From an uncultured Bacilli bacterium (lineage in GTDB: Bacteria > Bacillota_I > Bacilli_A > RF39 > UBA660): a stretch of DNA of 64,000 nucleotides. The stretch is from contig CANQPC010000001.1 in the NCBI GenBank assembly GCA_947625625.1, forward strand, positions 25,258 to 89,257, in the 5' to 3' direction. Below the pieces are notes generated by a model. The model did no database searches. It was not told where the DNA came from and saw only the letters and a list, made by a program, of their open reading frames with translations. The number at the start of each line of letters is the position of its first letter. Position 1 is the first letter of the stretch. This document shows, one piece after another, positions 9,854 to 20,711 of the stretch. The translations under genes were made by a program, and so were the position numbers.

Positions 9854-10765
9854 ATGGAAGAAACTGCGGGTTTAGATTTAGAAGGTGTTAAAACTCTAAA
9901 AGGTATTACTAGTAAATTAGTAGCTATGAGAAAACTTAAAAAAGTAGTTCATAATATAGGAAAGATTGAAATAATTGGAAATAGTGCTATATGTTTTGTC
10001 GATAGTGAAAAGCTATATAGGTATTTAAAGAAAAGTGGTAATACACTTAATATTTCTGGTAATCAAATACCATTAGTAGTTAATTTTGGTGAGATAAGCT
10101 TTCCTTCATTTATAAATATTATTCATGAAAATGGCGAGAAAATAAATTTTGAATTTTATGGATGTAAGTTTTATGATGAGATAAACATCAGTGCTGGTAA
10201 AAATGGTAGTGTTATTTTAAGTGAAAATGAATATTTAGCTAATAATAGACTTAAGAAATTAAGACTTCAAGATGAAAAAGCTTTTTATTCAATTGAAGCT
10301 TCAAAAGTAGTCTTAATTGATGAAAAAATTATATCTGAAAAATGTAATAAAGATAATAATGTCTGCATGTTAATAAGAAAGACAAATGGAGATAGTAGAA
10401 CGGAATTTTATAATGCGACAGTTGGAATAAATGAACTTAATATCAATACTGGAACTTTTGTTTTTGATGATAGTTTAATTAAGGCAAAATATATGAATTT
10501 AGACTGTGATAAAATGGTTAGAGAAGGTAATAGTTCAGTTGTCAGTAAAGAAGTAATGATATGCGAGAAAGATGATAATCCAGAACATTTGAGAAATGTA
10601 TCGGCATCTTCGTTTCTTTACAATAGAGCTCTATTTAGAAATACTCCTCTCTCTGAAAAGAGTATAGAACAATATAGGAAGAGACCTTATAGCACTTGTG
10701 ATAATAATGATTTAAAATTATATACTGATAGTAGTAAGGGAAAGATAAGAAAATTGTGTTTATAA
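9854..10765 (+). CDS. Hypothetical Cys-containing protein
   Basis: ORF track (start ambiguous: GTG 9842 or ATG 9854); sigmaA-like promoter TTGACT-17-TATTAT at 9809..9837. Confidence 0.4.
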   Translation: MEETAGLDLEGVKTLKGITSKLVAMRKLKKVVHNIGKIEIIGNSAICFVDSEKLYRYLKKSGNTLNISGNQIPLVVNFGEISFPSFINIIHENGEKINFEFYGCKFYDEINISAGKNGSVILSENEYLANNRLKKLRLQDEKAFYSIEASKVVLIDEKIISEKCNKDNNVCMLIRKTNGDSRTEFYNATVGINELNINTGTFVFDDSLIKAKYMNLDCDKMVREGNSSVVSKEVMICEKDDNPEHLRNVSASSFLYNRALFRNTPLSEKSIEQYRKRPYSTCDNNDLKLYTDSSKGKIRKLCL

Positions 10766-10898
10766 ATTTATAATAATTAAAAATAAAAAGATAGAGACAT
10801 ACTTTATCTTTTTGCTCGTTTGGGGGGTATAAAATTTTTCTTTACAAAAAAGGACTTTTGTTATATAATTATATTGGTTTTTTGTAAGGAGTGATGCT

Positions 10899-12638
10899 AT
10901 GGCTTATATCAGTAATGAAATCATTAATGAAATAAGAAATAGAACTGATATAGTAGAAGTAGTATCAAAATATGTCAATCTTACTAAAAAAGGAAAAAAT
11001 TATATTGGAGTTTGTCCTTTTCATGACGATCATTCGCCAAGTATGAGTGTAAGTCCTGAAAAGCAAATATTTACTTGTTTTTCTTGTGGAGCTACGGGTA
11101 ATGTGTTTACTTTTGTAGCGGACTTTGAAAAAATTTCGTTTATTCAGGCAGTACAATTACTAGGAGAAAAAGCTGGTATTAATATTTCAAATAGTGATAA
11201 ATTAGTAGATAATAAGAAAGATGATTATTTTGAAATATATGAACTGGCTAATAAGTTTTATCAAAATAGTTTATTTACTAGTTTGGGAAAGAATGCTGTA
11301 GAGTATTTAGAAAATAGAAAAATTAGCAAAGATACAATTAAAAAATTTGGTATTGGTCTATCAATTCAAAAGGTATCTTTGACGGATTACTTGGTAAATA
11401 AGAAGTATTCTATTCAGAAATTAAATGATATAGGTCTTACTAATGATAACGGGAAAGATGTTTTTATTAATAGAATCATGTTTCCGATATATGATTTGAG
11501 TGGAAATCCGGTTGCTTTTTCGGGTAGAATATATAATACAAAAGATACTTCGAAATATGTGAATACTAAGGAAACTGATAAATTTAAAAAGGGTAAAATA
11601 CTATATAATTATCATATTGCTAAAGAGCATTTGAAAAAGAATGATACTGTAATAATCATGGAAGGGCAGATGGATGTTATCAGGGCCTCGACAGTGGGTA
11701 TTAATAACTGTATTGCTACAATGGGAACTGCTCTTACAAGAGATCATAGAAATGTATTGAAGAATATGGCCGATAATATTATTTTATGTTTTGATGGGGA
11801 TACTGCCGGAGAGAAGGCAACGCTATCGGCAATTGAGCTTCTTTTAGATACTGGAGTTAATATTAGAATAGTTAGATTACCTGATAATATGGATCCTGAC
11901 GAGTATATTTTGAAAGAGGGAAAAGATGCTTTCCTTCGGCAAATTGATTTGGCTGTCAGTGTAATTGAATATAAAATGGAAATCTTAAAAAAAGATAAAA
12001 ATTTAGGAGATGCTAGAGATATATCTAACTATATTAATTCTGCGATTAAAGAGATTGCTAATGAAAAAGATGATATTGTCGTAGAACTTAATTTAAAAAA
12101 AATTGCTACTAATTTTAATGTCGAATATGAAACGATACGAAAAAAGTATGATGATTTTAAGACAAAAAATAGAGTGATAAAAAAAGAAGAAATAAAGGTA
12201 AAGAAAACTTATGATAGATATAGAAAAGCGGAGAATAATCTCATATACTATATGCTTAAAAGTAGTACAGTACTCAATATGGTAGAAAAAAGAGTTGGGT
12301 ACTTTCCAACAAAAAATATTAGAGATTTATCGAATGAAATTATTTACTATTTTCATAAATATGGTATAATAAATGTCGCTGATTTTATTAGTTATATATC
12401 TTTTTCAGATGAATTATTAGGAACCTTAAAAGATATTTTAGCTATGAATATAAAGGAAGATTTTCAGGTAGAAGAAATAGAAGATTATATTTTTGTTATA
12501 AGTGAGTATTATAAAAAGAAGAAAATAGATGAACTGACAAAAATGATGAAAGAAGAAAAAGATCCTTTAAAACAAGCTAAAATACTTGGAGAAATTATGG
12601 AAATAAGGGGAGTGAGAAAAGATGATACCAGAAATTAA
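10899..12638 (+). CDS. dnaG: DNA primase
   Basis: Zinc-binding [10 protein letters not shown]...C.SCG motif, TOPRIM (IMEGQMD..D.D), followed by sigA as in the macromolecular synthesis operon. Confidence 0.9.
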   Translation: MAYISNEIINEIRNRTDIVEVVSKYVNLTKKGKNYIGVCPFHDDHSPSMSVSPEKQIFTCFSCGATGNVFTFVADFEKISFIQAVQLLGEKAGINISNSDKLVDNKKDDYFEIYELANKFYQNSLFTSLGKNAVEYLENRKISKDTIKKFGIGLSIQKVSLTDYLVNKKYSIQKLNDIGLTNDNGKDVFINRIMFPIYDLSGNPVAFSGRIYNTKDTSKYVNTKETDKFKKGKILYNYHIAKEHLKKNDTVIIMEGQMDVIRASTVGINNCIATMGTALTRDHRNVLKNMADNIILCFDGDTAGEKATLSAIELLLDTGVNIRIVRLPDNMDPDEYILKEGKDAFLRQIDLAVSVIEYKMEILKKDKNLGDARDISNYINSAIKEIANEKDDIVVELNLKKIATNFNVEYETIRKKYDDFKTKNRVIKKEEIKVKKTYDRYRKAENNLIYYMLKSSTVLNMVEKRVGYFPTKNIRDLSNEIIYYFHKYGIINVADFISYISFSDELLGTLKDILAMNIKEDFQVEEIEDYIFVISEYYKKKKIDELTKMMKEEKDPLKQAKILGEIMEIRGVRKDDTRN

Positions 12639-13722
12639 AGATTTTGAAGAAAGAAAAGAAAATTTAATTAAAAAAGGTAAGGAACTTGGATTTATTACTT
12701 ATGAAGAATTAGCGGAAGAATTAAAGGGACTCGAAATTGGAAGTGATTTACTTGATGAGCTTTATAATTCTCTTATCGAAAATGATATCAGTATTGTATC
12801 AGAATCTGATTTAGATGATGATTCTGACGACGAAGCTAGCGGTGGTAGTCTCGAAGATATTTTAAAAGATGATAATATTGCTAAAGAACTTACTATTAAT
12901 GATCCTGTCAGAATGTATTTGAAAGAAATTGGTAAAATTAGTTTGTTATCTCTTGATGAGGAAAGTGAACTATCGGAAAAGATAGCTTCCGGTGATGAAA
13001 TGGCGAAGAATAGACTTGCCGAATCAAATTTACGTCTAGTTGTATCAATTGCTAAGAGATATGTTGGAAGAGGAATGCTTTTCTTGGATTTGATTCAAGA
13101 GGGTAATATTGGACTTATGAAGGCTGTCGAAAAATTTGATGCTAATAAGGGTTACAAGTTTTCGACATATGCTACTTGGTGGATTAGACAAGCTATTACG
13201 AGGGCAATTGCCGATCAAGCTAGGACAATTAGAGTTCCAGTTCATATGGTTGAAACAATTAACAAGCTTTCGAGATTTCAGAGACAGTTGACACTTGAAT
13301 TAAATAGAGAACCAACAGATGAAGAGTTGGCAGAAAAGATGAATATGACGCCTGAAAAGGTTCGAGAGGTTATTAAAATCGCTCAAGATCCTGTGTCTTT
13401 AGAGACTCCTATTGGAGAAGAAGAAGATTCACATTTAGGTGATTTTGTACCTGATGAAAGTAATATGTCTCCTGAAGATTTTACTATTCATGAAATGTTG
13501 AAAGAAGAAATTTCAGATGTTCTCCTTACTCTTACGGAAAGAGAAGAACAAGTACTTAGACTTAGATTTGGACTTGATGATGGCTGCTGTAAAACTTTGG
13601 AAGAAGTAGGGCAGATGTTTGGAGTAACGAGAGAGAGAATTAGACAAATTGAAGCGAAGGCACTTCGTAAACTCAGACATCCATCGAGAAGTAGAAAACT
13701 TAAGGATTTCTTAAATGAATAA
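12622..13722 (+). CDS. sigA: RNA polymerase primary sigma factor (sigma-A)
   Basis: Regions 1.2-4 conserved ([18 protein letters not shown].., [28 protein letters not shown]). Confidence 0.9.
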   Translation: MIPEIKDFEERKENLIKKGKELGFITYEELAEELKGLEIGSDLLDELYNSLIENDISIVSESDLDDDSDDEASGGSLEDILKDDNIAKELTINDPVRMYLKEIGKISLLSLDEESELSEKIASGDEMAKNRLAESNLRLVVSIAKRYVGRGMLFLDLIQEGNIGLMKAVEKFDANKGYKFSTYATWWIRQAITRAIADQARTIRVPVHMVETINKLSRFQRQLTLELNREPTDEELAEKMNMTPEKVREVIKIAQDPVSLETPIGEEEDSHLGDFVPDESNMSPEDFTIHEMLKEEISDVLLTLTEREEQVLRLRFGLDDGCCKTLEEVGQMFGVTRERIRQIEAKALRKLRHPSRSRKLKDFLNE

Positions 13723-14386
13723 ATTATCGAAAAGACTTGAAGTAATTGCAAGTTTTGTTCCAGATAATAAAAAGATTATCGATATTGGATGCGATCATGC
13801 TCTACTATCAATCTTTTTAGCGGAAAGATGTAATAAAAATAAAGTTATTGCTAGTGATATTAATGCTAATGCTTTGAATACGGCGATTAAAAATGTTAAA
13901 GAGGCAAAACTTGAAGATAGAATTGATACTAGATTGGGAAATGGTTTAGAAGTTGTAAATAAAGATGAAATAGATACGGTAATTATTTCGGGAATGGGTG
14001 CTAATACGATTGTCGGAATTTTAAAGTATGCTAAAGATAAACTTACTAATGTAGATGATATTATTATTCAAAGTAATACAGATTTGTATTTTATTAGAAA
14101 GAATATTACGATAATGGGGTACTATATCGATAATGAAAAGTTAGTTAAAGATAAAGGTATTATTTATACAGTAATTAGATTTAAAAGAGGAAAGAAAAAG
14201 TATAATTATAAAGAACTTTATTTGGGACCGATATTATTAAAGAATAGTGATAATTTATTCAGAGAAAAGTGTATAAAGGAGCTTAAGACAATTAAAATGA
14301 TTTTAGGTAATATAAAAGAGGGTCATTTTAGTTATAAAATTAAACTTAAGAAAAACTTAAAGATATTAGAAAAAATGGTAGATTAA
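13715..14386 (+). CDS. trmK: tRNA (adenine22-N1)-methyltransferase TrmK/YqfN family
   Basis: SAM-MTase motif IDIGCDHA, position immediately after sigA as yqfN in Bacillus. Confidence 0.7.
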   Translation: MNKLSKRLEVIASFVPDNKKIIDIGCDHALLSIFLAERCNKNKVIASDINANALNTAIKNVKEAKLEDRIDTRLGNGLEVVNKDEIDTVIISGMGANTIVGILKYAKDKLTNVDDIIIQSNTDLYFIRKNITIMGYYIDNEKLVKDKGIIYTVIRFKRGKKKYNYKELYLGPILLKNSDNLFREKCIKELKTIKMILGNIKEGHFSYKIKLKKNLKILEKMVD

Positions 14387-14450
14387 TAGTCTACTTTTTT
14401 TCATATTATGTTCTTTCTTTTCATATCTTGTAGTGAAAGGAAGAGTGATT

Positions 14451-15254
14451 ATGAAACAGATTATACCATTTAAGAAAGAACTTCCGTTTAAAACAAAGGT
14501 ATGTGATATTACTTCGATATCATTAGAGAGAGATATTGATATTAGTGATGATGGTATCGTATCGGGAGTATTTCATATTACTGGAGATTATAAAATGAAT
14601 GAGGGGTCGATAAATAGAGAGGATTTTTCTTTTGATTTACCATTTGATATTACACTTGATCCGAGATATGATATAAAGACAGTTAATGCTGATATTGAGG
14701 ATTTTTATTACGACATTATAAATGAAGATACTTTAAAAGTAAATATTGATTTGTTTATTGAAGCTGATTATCTACCAGAATCGGAAATAAAGTTGGAAGT
14801 TACAGGTACTGTGGATGAAGATAGTAATTTGAAAGAAGATGATACTAGTTCTTCGGAAGATAGAGAAGATAATACAGAAGACTTAGAAGATAAAGAGGAA
14901 GAAGTATTAGAGGTAGTAAAGGAAGAAACTGATACTAGTGAAGATAATACTTTGAGGTTAGATGAGAAAGAGAGAGATGAAACAATTTTTAGTCCGAGTA
15001 TTTTATTTGAAGATAAGAAAACTGAAGAACTTCCAATAGAAAATGATAATATGATTTCTACTAGTGACTTGTTTTCGAATTTAGATGATACAGAAACTTA
15101 TTCTACATATTATGTCTATATTGTAAAAGAAGATGATTCAATCGATAAAATACTTTCTAAATATGGTGTTACAAAAGAGGAATTAGAGGACTATAACGAT
15201 ATTACAGAAATTAAACCGGGTGATAAGGTAATAGTACCGAAAAAATGTGAATAA
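14451..15254 (+). CDS. SpoVID-like protein (N-terminal SpoVID-type domain, acidic linker, C-terminal LysM)
   Basis: N-term FKTKVCDITSISLERDID..GVFHITGDY resembles SpoVID N-domain; C-term YYVYIVKEDDSIDKILSKYGV..PGDKVIVP is LysM; followed by ysxE-like gene as in the spoVID-ysxE operon. Confidence 0.5.
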   Translation: MKQIIPFKKELPFKTKVCDITSISLERDIDISDDGIVSGVFHITGDYKMNEGSINREDFSFDLPFDITLDPRYDIKTVNADIEDFYYDIINEDTLKVNIDLFIEADYLPESEIKLEVTGTVDEDSNLKEDDTSSSEDREDNTEDLEDKEEEVLEVVKEETDTSEDNTLRLDEKERDETIFSPSILFEDKKTEELPIENDNMISTSDLFSNLDDTETYSTYYVYIVKEDDSIDKILSKYGVTKEELEDYNDITEIKPGDKVIVPKKCE

Positions 15255-16134
15255 TGATATAAGGAGAGTAATAGATAAATATAAAGTATCTCCCAAGAGA
15301 CTTACTATTAAATCGAATGCTAAGATAATTGACGATAAAATAGTTATTAAAAATCGGAAGAATAGTAATCTGGAAAATATTTATAAATATTTGAAATCGA
15401 GGTCTTTTGATTATTTTCCAGAGCTTCTCGATTTATTTGATGATTATGAAGTGTATCCTTTTATCGAAGATATTTATGAGCCTAGAGAGCAGAAGGCTAT
15501 GGATTTAACTCATCTACTTAGTCTATTACATAGTAAAACAACTTTTTATCGAGAAGTCGACATAAATCATGTCAAAGAAATATATGAAGACATGATTATG
15601 AATTTGGATTATTTGTATAATTATTATAATGACCTTATTACGTTAATTGAAAAGGAAGTATATATGTCACCTTCTTCATATTTGATTGCAAGAAATATTA
15701 ATATTATCTTTGAGAGTATATATTATTCGAGGGATTCACTCGAGGAATGGTATAAAAAAAAGGAAGATAATAAAAATGAACGAGTAGTTAATATTCACAA
15801 TAATATTAATTTGGAACATTATATAAAGAATGAAAAACCTTATTTGATTAGTTGGAATAAGAGTAGAATAGATAGTCCTATTTATGATTTGCTTTCATTT
15901 TATAAGAATCATTATTTGGAATTTGATTTTGATGATTTATTTCATTATTATGAGGGATTTTACCCTTTAAAAGAAGATGAAAAGTTACTTTTATTTAGTT
16001 ATATGGCTATGCCTTTTAAGATAGAGATGGAAAACGACCAGTACAAGATGTGTATTAAGATTAATAAGATGATTGACTATTTGTATAAGACAAGTAATTT
16101 AATTATGAACTATCAAAAAAAGAAAAAAGGATAG
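15247..16134 (+). CDS. CotS/YsxE-family spore coat kinase-like protein
   Basis: GTG start overlapping upstream stop by 8 nt (operon coupling); kinase-like CotS/YsxE family pattern; synteny after spoVID-like gene. Confidence 0.45.
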   Translation: MNNDIRRVIDKYKVSPKRLTIKSNAKIIDDKIVIKNRKNSNLENIYKYLKSRSFDYFPELLDLFDDYEVYPFIEDIYEPREQKAMDLTHLLSLLHSKTTFYREVDINHVKEIYEDMIMNLDYLYNYYNDLITLIEKEVYMSPSSYLIARNINIIFESIYYSRDSLEEWYKKKEDNKNERVVNIHNNINLEHYIKNEKPYLISWNKSRIDSPIYDLLSFYKNHYLEFDFDDLFHYYEGFYPLKEDEKLLLFSYMAMPFKIEMENDQYKMCIKINKMIDYLYKTSNLIMNYQKKKKG

Positions 16135-16224
16135 TTCTTTTTTTGTTTTAAAATATTAGTAAATTAATCTTTACTTTAAACTTATTAATTGTTATAATTA
16201 TGGAGAAAAAGGCTGGAGGTAAAA

Positions 16225-18408
16225 ATGGAAGAAAAGAGTTATATTAAAGGTAAACTATATAAACAGATATACCGCAACGAGATGAATGGTTATATGGTCG
16301 GTTTATTTAGAGTTAAAGAAAGTAATGTTGATATAAAAGAAGATATTATTAATATAACGGGTGTTCTTCCGATATTAGATGAAAAGAAAGAATATGTATT
16401 ATATGGTAATATAGTAAATCATAATAAGTATGGTAGACAGTTTGCGGCCGATTCTTTTGAGATTGTCCTTCCTACGAAAAAAGAGGAATTAATTGTTTTT
16501 TTATCGAGTGATTTATTTCCAATAGGAGAGAAAACAGCGCAAAAAATTGTCGATACTTTGGGAGAAGATGCCATAAATAAGATACTAGAAAACAAAGACT
16601 GTCTTCAATTGATACCGAGACTTACCGAGAAGAGAATCGATAGAATTTATAATGTTTTAAAAGATTATCAAAATACTTCAAGTGTCGTACTAGAACTTAC
16701 TAAATTGGGTTTTGAAATGAAAGAATCGTTATCTCTACTCAATAGATATGATAATAAAATATTAGATACAGTCAATACTAATATATATAGTCTCATTGAA
16801 AGTGATGAAATGCCATTTGTGAAAATAGATGAAATCGCTATTAATATGGGAATAGAGGAGACAGATGATAGAAGAGTAAAGGCTCTTATTATTTATGTTA
16901 TGAAAAGTTTATGTTTTAATAATGGTGATACGTATTTGACAAATGAAGAAATTGCTTTTAATCTATCTAGTTATGTCAGTATTACTCCAGAAAAGTTTGA
17001 TTATTTAATGATGGAACTTATAAAGGAAAAAAAGATTATTATTACTGAAGGAAGATATTATTTAAAAAAGTTTTATGATGCTGAAAAGTATATTGCGGAG
17101 AGACTTTGCTTTTTAAATGATATGACTGTTACGGGAAATACAGATATTAATAGACATATCGATAATGATAAATTTAATAAGATATCTTATGATGATATTC
17201 AAAAGAAAGCTATCTATGCGGGAGTAAATAATAATATTACGATAATAACTGGAGGACCGGGAACGGGGAAGACGACAATTATTAAGGCTATTGTTAGAAT
17301 TATTATGAAGGAACAAAAACTTAAAGTTAGCGATATAGCATTATTAGCTCCTACTGGAAGAGCCGCTAAAAAGATGATGGAGACAACTGGTATACCGGCA
17401 TCAACTATTCATAAATATTTGGGATGGGACAAAGATACAAATACTTTTGAGGTTGATGAATATTCTCCAAATGGAGAAAAATATATAATAGTAGATGAGG
17501 TTAGTATGATAGATACTCTCCTTATGGAGGCTTTACTTAAGGGGATTAAGAGAAATGCGAAACTTATTTTAGTTGGCGATTATTATCAACTGCCTAGTGT
17601 TTCTGAGGGACAAGTACTTAAAGATTTGATAGATAGTGATTGTCTTCCGGTAATTAAATTAAATCAAATATATAGGCAGACAGAAGGCTCTTACATTTTG
17701 AATTTGGCTTATGATATTAAAGAGAAGAATATTAGTGAAGATTTATTTTTGAAAAAAGATGATTATTTATTTGTAAATGGTAATAATGATAATACTTTGG
17801 AAATAATTAAAGATATAGTAGGTAGAGCAGTAAAAAAGGGACTTACAGATAGAGAACTACAGGTACTTGCTCCAATGTATAAGTCGATTAATGGTATTGA
17901 TAATTTGAATATAATGCTTCAAGAGATTTTTAATCCAAAGAGTGATAAGAAGAGAGAAATTAATTTAAGAGATGTTATATTTAGAGAAGGTGATAAGGTA
18001 TTACAACTTGTCAATGATACTGATAATAATGTCTACAATGGAGATATTGGCTATATTGAAAATATAATTGTATCGGATGGGAAAAAGGTAACTAACCAGA
18101 TTAATATTAATTATGATGGCAATGTAGTCGAATATACTCCTGATAAGTTTGGTAATTTTAGGCATGGATATGCGATTAGTATTCATAAGGCACAAGGTAG
18201 TGAATTTGATACGGTTATTATGCCAATTACTCCTTCATTTAAGAGAATGCTCTACAATAAACTTGTCTATACGGGTGTTACGAGAGCTAAGAAAAGTCTT
18301 ATAATTGTTGGAGATGCTAATTCTTTTATATATGGTATTAATAATGATTACGTCGATAATAGAAAGACAACTTTAAAAGATTTTATTATTGATAAATATA
18401 GTGTATAA
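16225..18408 (+). CDS. recD2: ATP-dependent RecD-like DNA helicase (RecD2)
   Basis: Walker A GGPGTGKTT, helicase motifs, C-terminal YAISIHKAQGSEFD..VYTGVTRAKK. Confidence 0.85.
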   Translation: MEEKSYIKGKLYKQIYRNEMNGYMVGLFRVKESNVDIKEDIINITGVLPILDEKKEYVLYGNIVNHNKYGRQFAADSFEIVLPTKKEELIVFLSSDLFPIGEKTAQKIVDTLGEDAINKILENKDCLQLIPRLTEKRIDRIYNVLKDYQNTSSVVLELTKLGFEMKESLSLLNRYDNKILDTVNTNIYSLIESDEMPFVKIDEIAINMGIEETDDRRVKALIIYVMKSLCFNNGDTYLTNEEIAFNLSSYVSITPEKFDYLMMELIKEKKIIITEGRYYLKKFYDAEKYIAERLCFLNDMTVTGNTDINRHIDNDKFNKISYDDIQKKAIYAGVNNNITIITGGPGTGKTTIIKAIVRIIMKEQKLKVSDIALLAPTGRAAKKMMETTGIPASTIHKYLGWDKDTNTFEVDEYSPNGEKYIIVDEVSMIDTLLMEALLKGIKRNAKLILVGDYYQLPSVSEGQVLKDLIDSDCLPVIKLNQIYRQTEGSYILNLAYDIKEKNISEDLFLKKDDYLFVNGNNDNTLEIIKDIVGRAVKKGLTDRELQVLAPMYKSINGIDNLNIMLQEIFNPKSDKKREINLRDVIFREGDKVLQLVNDTDNNVYNGDIGYIENIIVSDGKKVTNQININYDGNVVEYTPDKFGNFRHGYAISIHKAQGSEFDTVIMPITPSFKRMLYNKLVYTGVTRAKKSLIIVGDANSFIYGINNDYVDNRKTTLKDFIIDKYSV

Positions 18409-18487
18409 AATATTATTAGATGACAATAATATTAGTGTATCAAATTATTTATATTTGATATTAGTCATATTTTAAGGAGGTAAACAT

Positions 18488-18646
18488 ATGAAATCCAAAA
18501 TGGGTATGGCTTTAATGGGTATCGGTATGGGTGTCGGTAGTGCCGCACTATACCAGAGTATAAAAAGTGGTAAAATGAAAAAATGGGTTAGAAAAATGAA
18601 CTCTGCTAAAACGAAAGCCATAGATGACCTAGAAAATATGATGTAG
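18488..18646 (+). CDS. Small Gly-rich membrane peptide (52 aa)
   Basis: Strong RBS AAGGAGG 8 nt upstream; GxxxG repeats (MGMALMGIGMGVGSAALY) then basic tail; not in ORF track because <60 aa. Confidence 0.3.
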   Translation: MKSKMGMALMGIGMGVGSAALYQSIKSGKMKKWVRKMNSAKTKAIDDLENMM

Positions 18647-18731
18647 GAAGAGAATTTGTTTCTCTTTCTTTTTTTAAAATAGATAGTATAAAAAGTTTAA
18701 TTATTATCATAATAAAAGTGAGGGATTAAAT

Positions 18732-19163
18732 ATGGAAAAAGAAGACATTAATGCTCTAGATGAAATTCACAAAGGGGCTTCTATGGGAATGGATGCTGTT
18801 AATTTTGTGCTCGATAAGGTAGACGATAAGAAATTAAAAGATGTTTTAGATAAGATGTATTCTGATTATCAAAGTCTTGCCGAAAGAATTGAGAGTGTCT
18901 ATCCTAAATATAATGATGGAGAACCTCATGAAACTAGTCTTATGAATAAAGTTATGACATGGTCGGGTATCGAGATGAAAACAATGACTGATACTAGTAA
19001 TTCGAAAATAGCGGAACTTCTCCTTCAAGGAGTCAATATGGGAATTATCGAAGGGAGAAAAATACTAAATAAAAAGAATATCGATAAAGAGGTTTCAGAG
19101 ATTGTTTCAAAATATGTTACTATGCAAGAGACTAGTGTAGAAGTATTAAAGAAATATTTGTGA
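18732..19163 (+). CDS. Hypothetical helical protein (possible four-helix-bundle family)
   Basis: ORF track, RBS GAGGGA. Confidence 0.4.
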   Translation: MEKEDINALDEIHKGASMGMDAVNFVLDKVDDKKLKDVLDKMYSDYQSLAERIESVYPKYNDGEPHETSLMNKVMTWSGIEMKTMTDTSNSKIAELLLQGVNMGIIEGRKILNKKNIDKEVSEIVSKYVTMQETSVEVLKKYL

Positions 19164-19177
19164 TTTTATCTATATGC

Positions 19178-19230
19178 TAAAAAACTACAAAAGTGATATT
19201 GAGATATCATAACTTTGTAGTTTTTTGTTA
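19178..19230. terminator. Bidirectional terminator (AAAACTACAAAAGT...AACTTTGTAGTTTT)
   Basis: 14-bp inverted repeat flanked by A/T runs between convergent 18732..19163 and rpsT. Confidence 0.55.
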
Positions 19231-19249
19231 TAAATATAAAAAAAAGTAA

Positions 19250-19519
19250 CTACTTTGCTTCCATAGTATTTACTTTTTTAGTTAATCGAGATTTTTCACG
19301 GTCAGCTTTATTTTTATGAATTAGGCCTTTTACTTTTGCGTTATCTAACGATTTAATAGCTAATTTTAAGTATCTTTCGGCATCCTCTTTGTTACCCGCT
19401 GCTACTGCTTTGTCGGTATTTTTAATAGCATTTTTAACAGTGGACTTTAATTGTTGATGGGCTAAAGTTACTTTTTTTATTTGAATAATTTTTTTCTTTG
19501 CATTTTTAACATTTGCCAT
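19250..19519 (-). CDS. rpsT: 30S ribosomal protein S20
   Basis: MANVKNAKKKIIQIKK... classic S20; true start MAN (track start further upstream is spurious extension). Confidence 0.85.
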   Translation of the reverse strand: MANVKNAKKKIIQIKKVTLAHQQLKSTVKNAIKNTDKAVAAGNKEDAERYLKLAIKSLDNAKVKGLIHKNKADREKSRLTKKVNTMEAK

Positions 19520-19620
19520 TAAAGTTCCTCCTTCCAAAACTAATTATAATTCTATCAAAAAATTAGTAAAAAAGCAAATATTTTCGGCGTTTTTTGGAAA
19601 AAATATTATTGGTGAAGATG

Positions 19621-20643
19621 ATGGGACATGAAATTGATTTGAAAAATTATGAAATTAGGACGGATTTAATACTGGATTCGATTGAAAATAAGAGTGTTGA
19701 TATCGAGAAAGATATTAAAACTTCTGATGATATTAAAGTTACGAAAGTTTTTGTCGATAAAGATAATGGGAAACTTCTGTCTAAAAAAGAGGGTAATTAT
19801 GTGACAATAGAATTTAAAGATATTACAGATACGGGAAATAAAGATAAACTTACGGATGCTTTTTCTTGTGAACTTAAAGATATGCTAAATAAACTTAATA
19901 TTAGTAGTGATGCTTCAGTGTTAATAATTGGACTTGGTAATGAAAAGAGTACGCCAGATAGTTTGGGGCCAAAAGTAATAGCAAATATTGTTGTAACGAG
20001 ATATTTATTTGTATTAAAAGAGGATGTTAAGAAAGGAGTTAGATGTGTATCTTCAATTAGTCCGGGGGTAATGGCAAATACGGGAATTGAAACTTCTTCG
20101 ATTGTGTCGTCATTAGTTAAGGAAATTCATCCGGACTTTTTAATAGTGATAGATGCTTTAGCTGCTTCATCAATCGATAGAATTAATAAGAGTATACAAA
20201 TTACAGATACGGGAATTCATCCGGGAAGTGGGGTTGGAAATATGCGAAGAGAAATAAGCTTTGATACAATGGGGATTCCTGTTATTGCCATAGGAGTTCC
20301 GACGGTTGTCGAGTCCTCTATTATTGTATATGATACAATTAATTATTTATTCAAACATATATCTTATATAAAAGATAATCAAAGTAAGAATAAACTTATT
20401 TTTAGTAGAAGTAATTATGCAGATAAAATTAGAGATAAAGATTTATCTTTGGAAGAGAAAAAGGAAATTAGTGGAATGATTGGGGAATTATCTGATAGTG
20501 ATAGACAGAGCTTAATATACGAAGTCTTAAGTTCTCTTAATTATAATTTTATTGTTACACCTAAAGAAATTGATTTTTTAATCGATAGACTTACAGATGT
20601 TATAGCGGGTGGTATCAATAATTCACTACATGATGAAGTGTAA
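19621..20643 (+). CDS. gpr: Germination protease (spore SASP-degrading endopeptidase)
   Basis: N-term ..IDLKNYEIRTDLIL.. and ..IIGLGNEKSTPDSLGPKV.., ..GIHPGSGVGN.. match GPR; rpsT-gpr adjacency as in Bacillus. Confidence 0.8.
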   Translation: MGHEIDLKNYEIRTDLILDSIENKSVDIEKDIKTSDDIKVTKVFVDKDNGKLLSKKEGNYVTIEFKDITDTGNKDKLTDAFSCELKDMLNKLNISSDASVLIIGLGNEKSTPDSLGPKVIANIVVTRYLFVLKEDVKKGVRCVSSISPGVMANTGIETSSIVSSLVKEIHPDFLIVIDALAASSIDRINKSIQITDTGIHPGSGVGNMRREISFDTMGIPVIAIGVPTVVESSIIVYDTINYLFKHISYIKDNQSKNKLIFSRSNYADKIRDKDLSLEEKKEISGMIGELSDSDRQSLIYEVLSSLNYNFIVTPKEIDFLIDRLTDVIAGGINNSLHDEV

Positions 20644-20711
20644 AATACTTGTAAAAATATTTGTTTTTTAGAATTTATGTTATATAATTATGAATAGGAG
20701 GAATAAAGATT

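Noticed and set aside
19520-19537. N-terminal extension MEGGTL of S20 from the ORF track
   Set aside because: The canonical S20 start MANVK.. is internal; the extension lacks an RBS and is not conserved.
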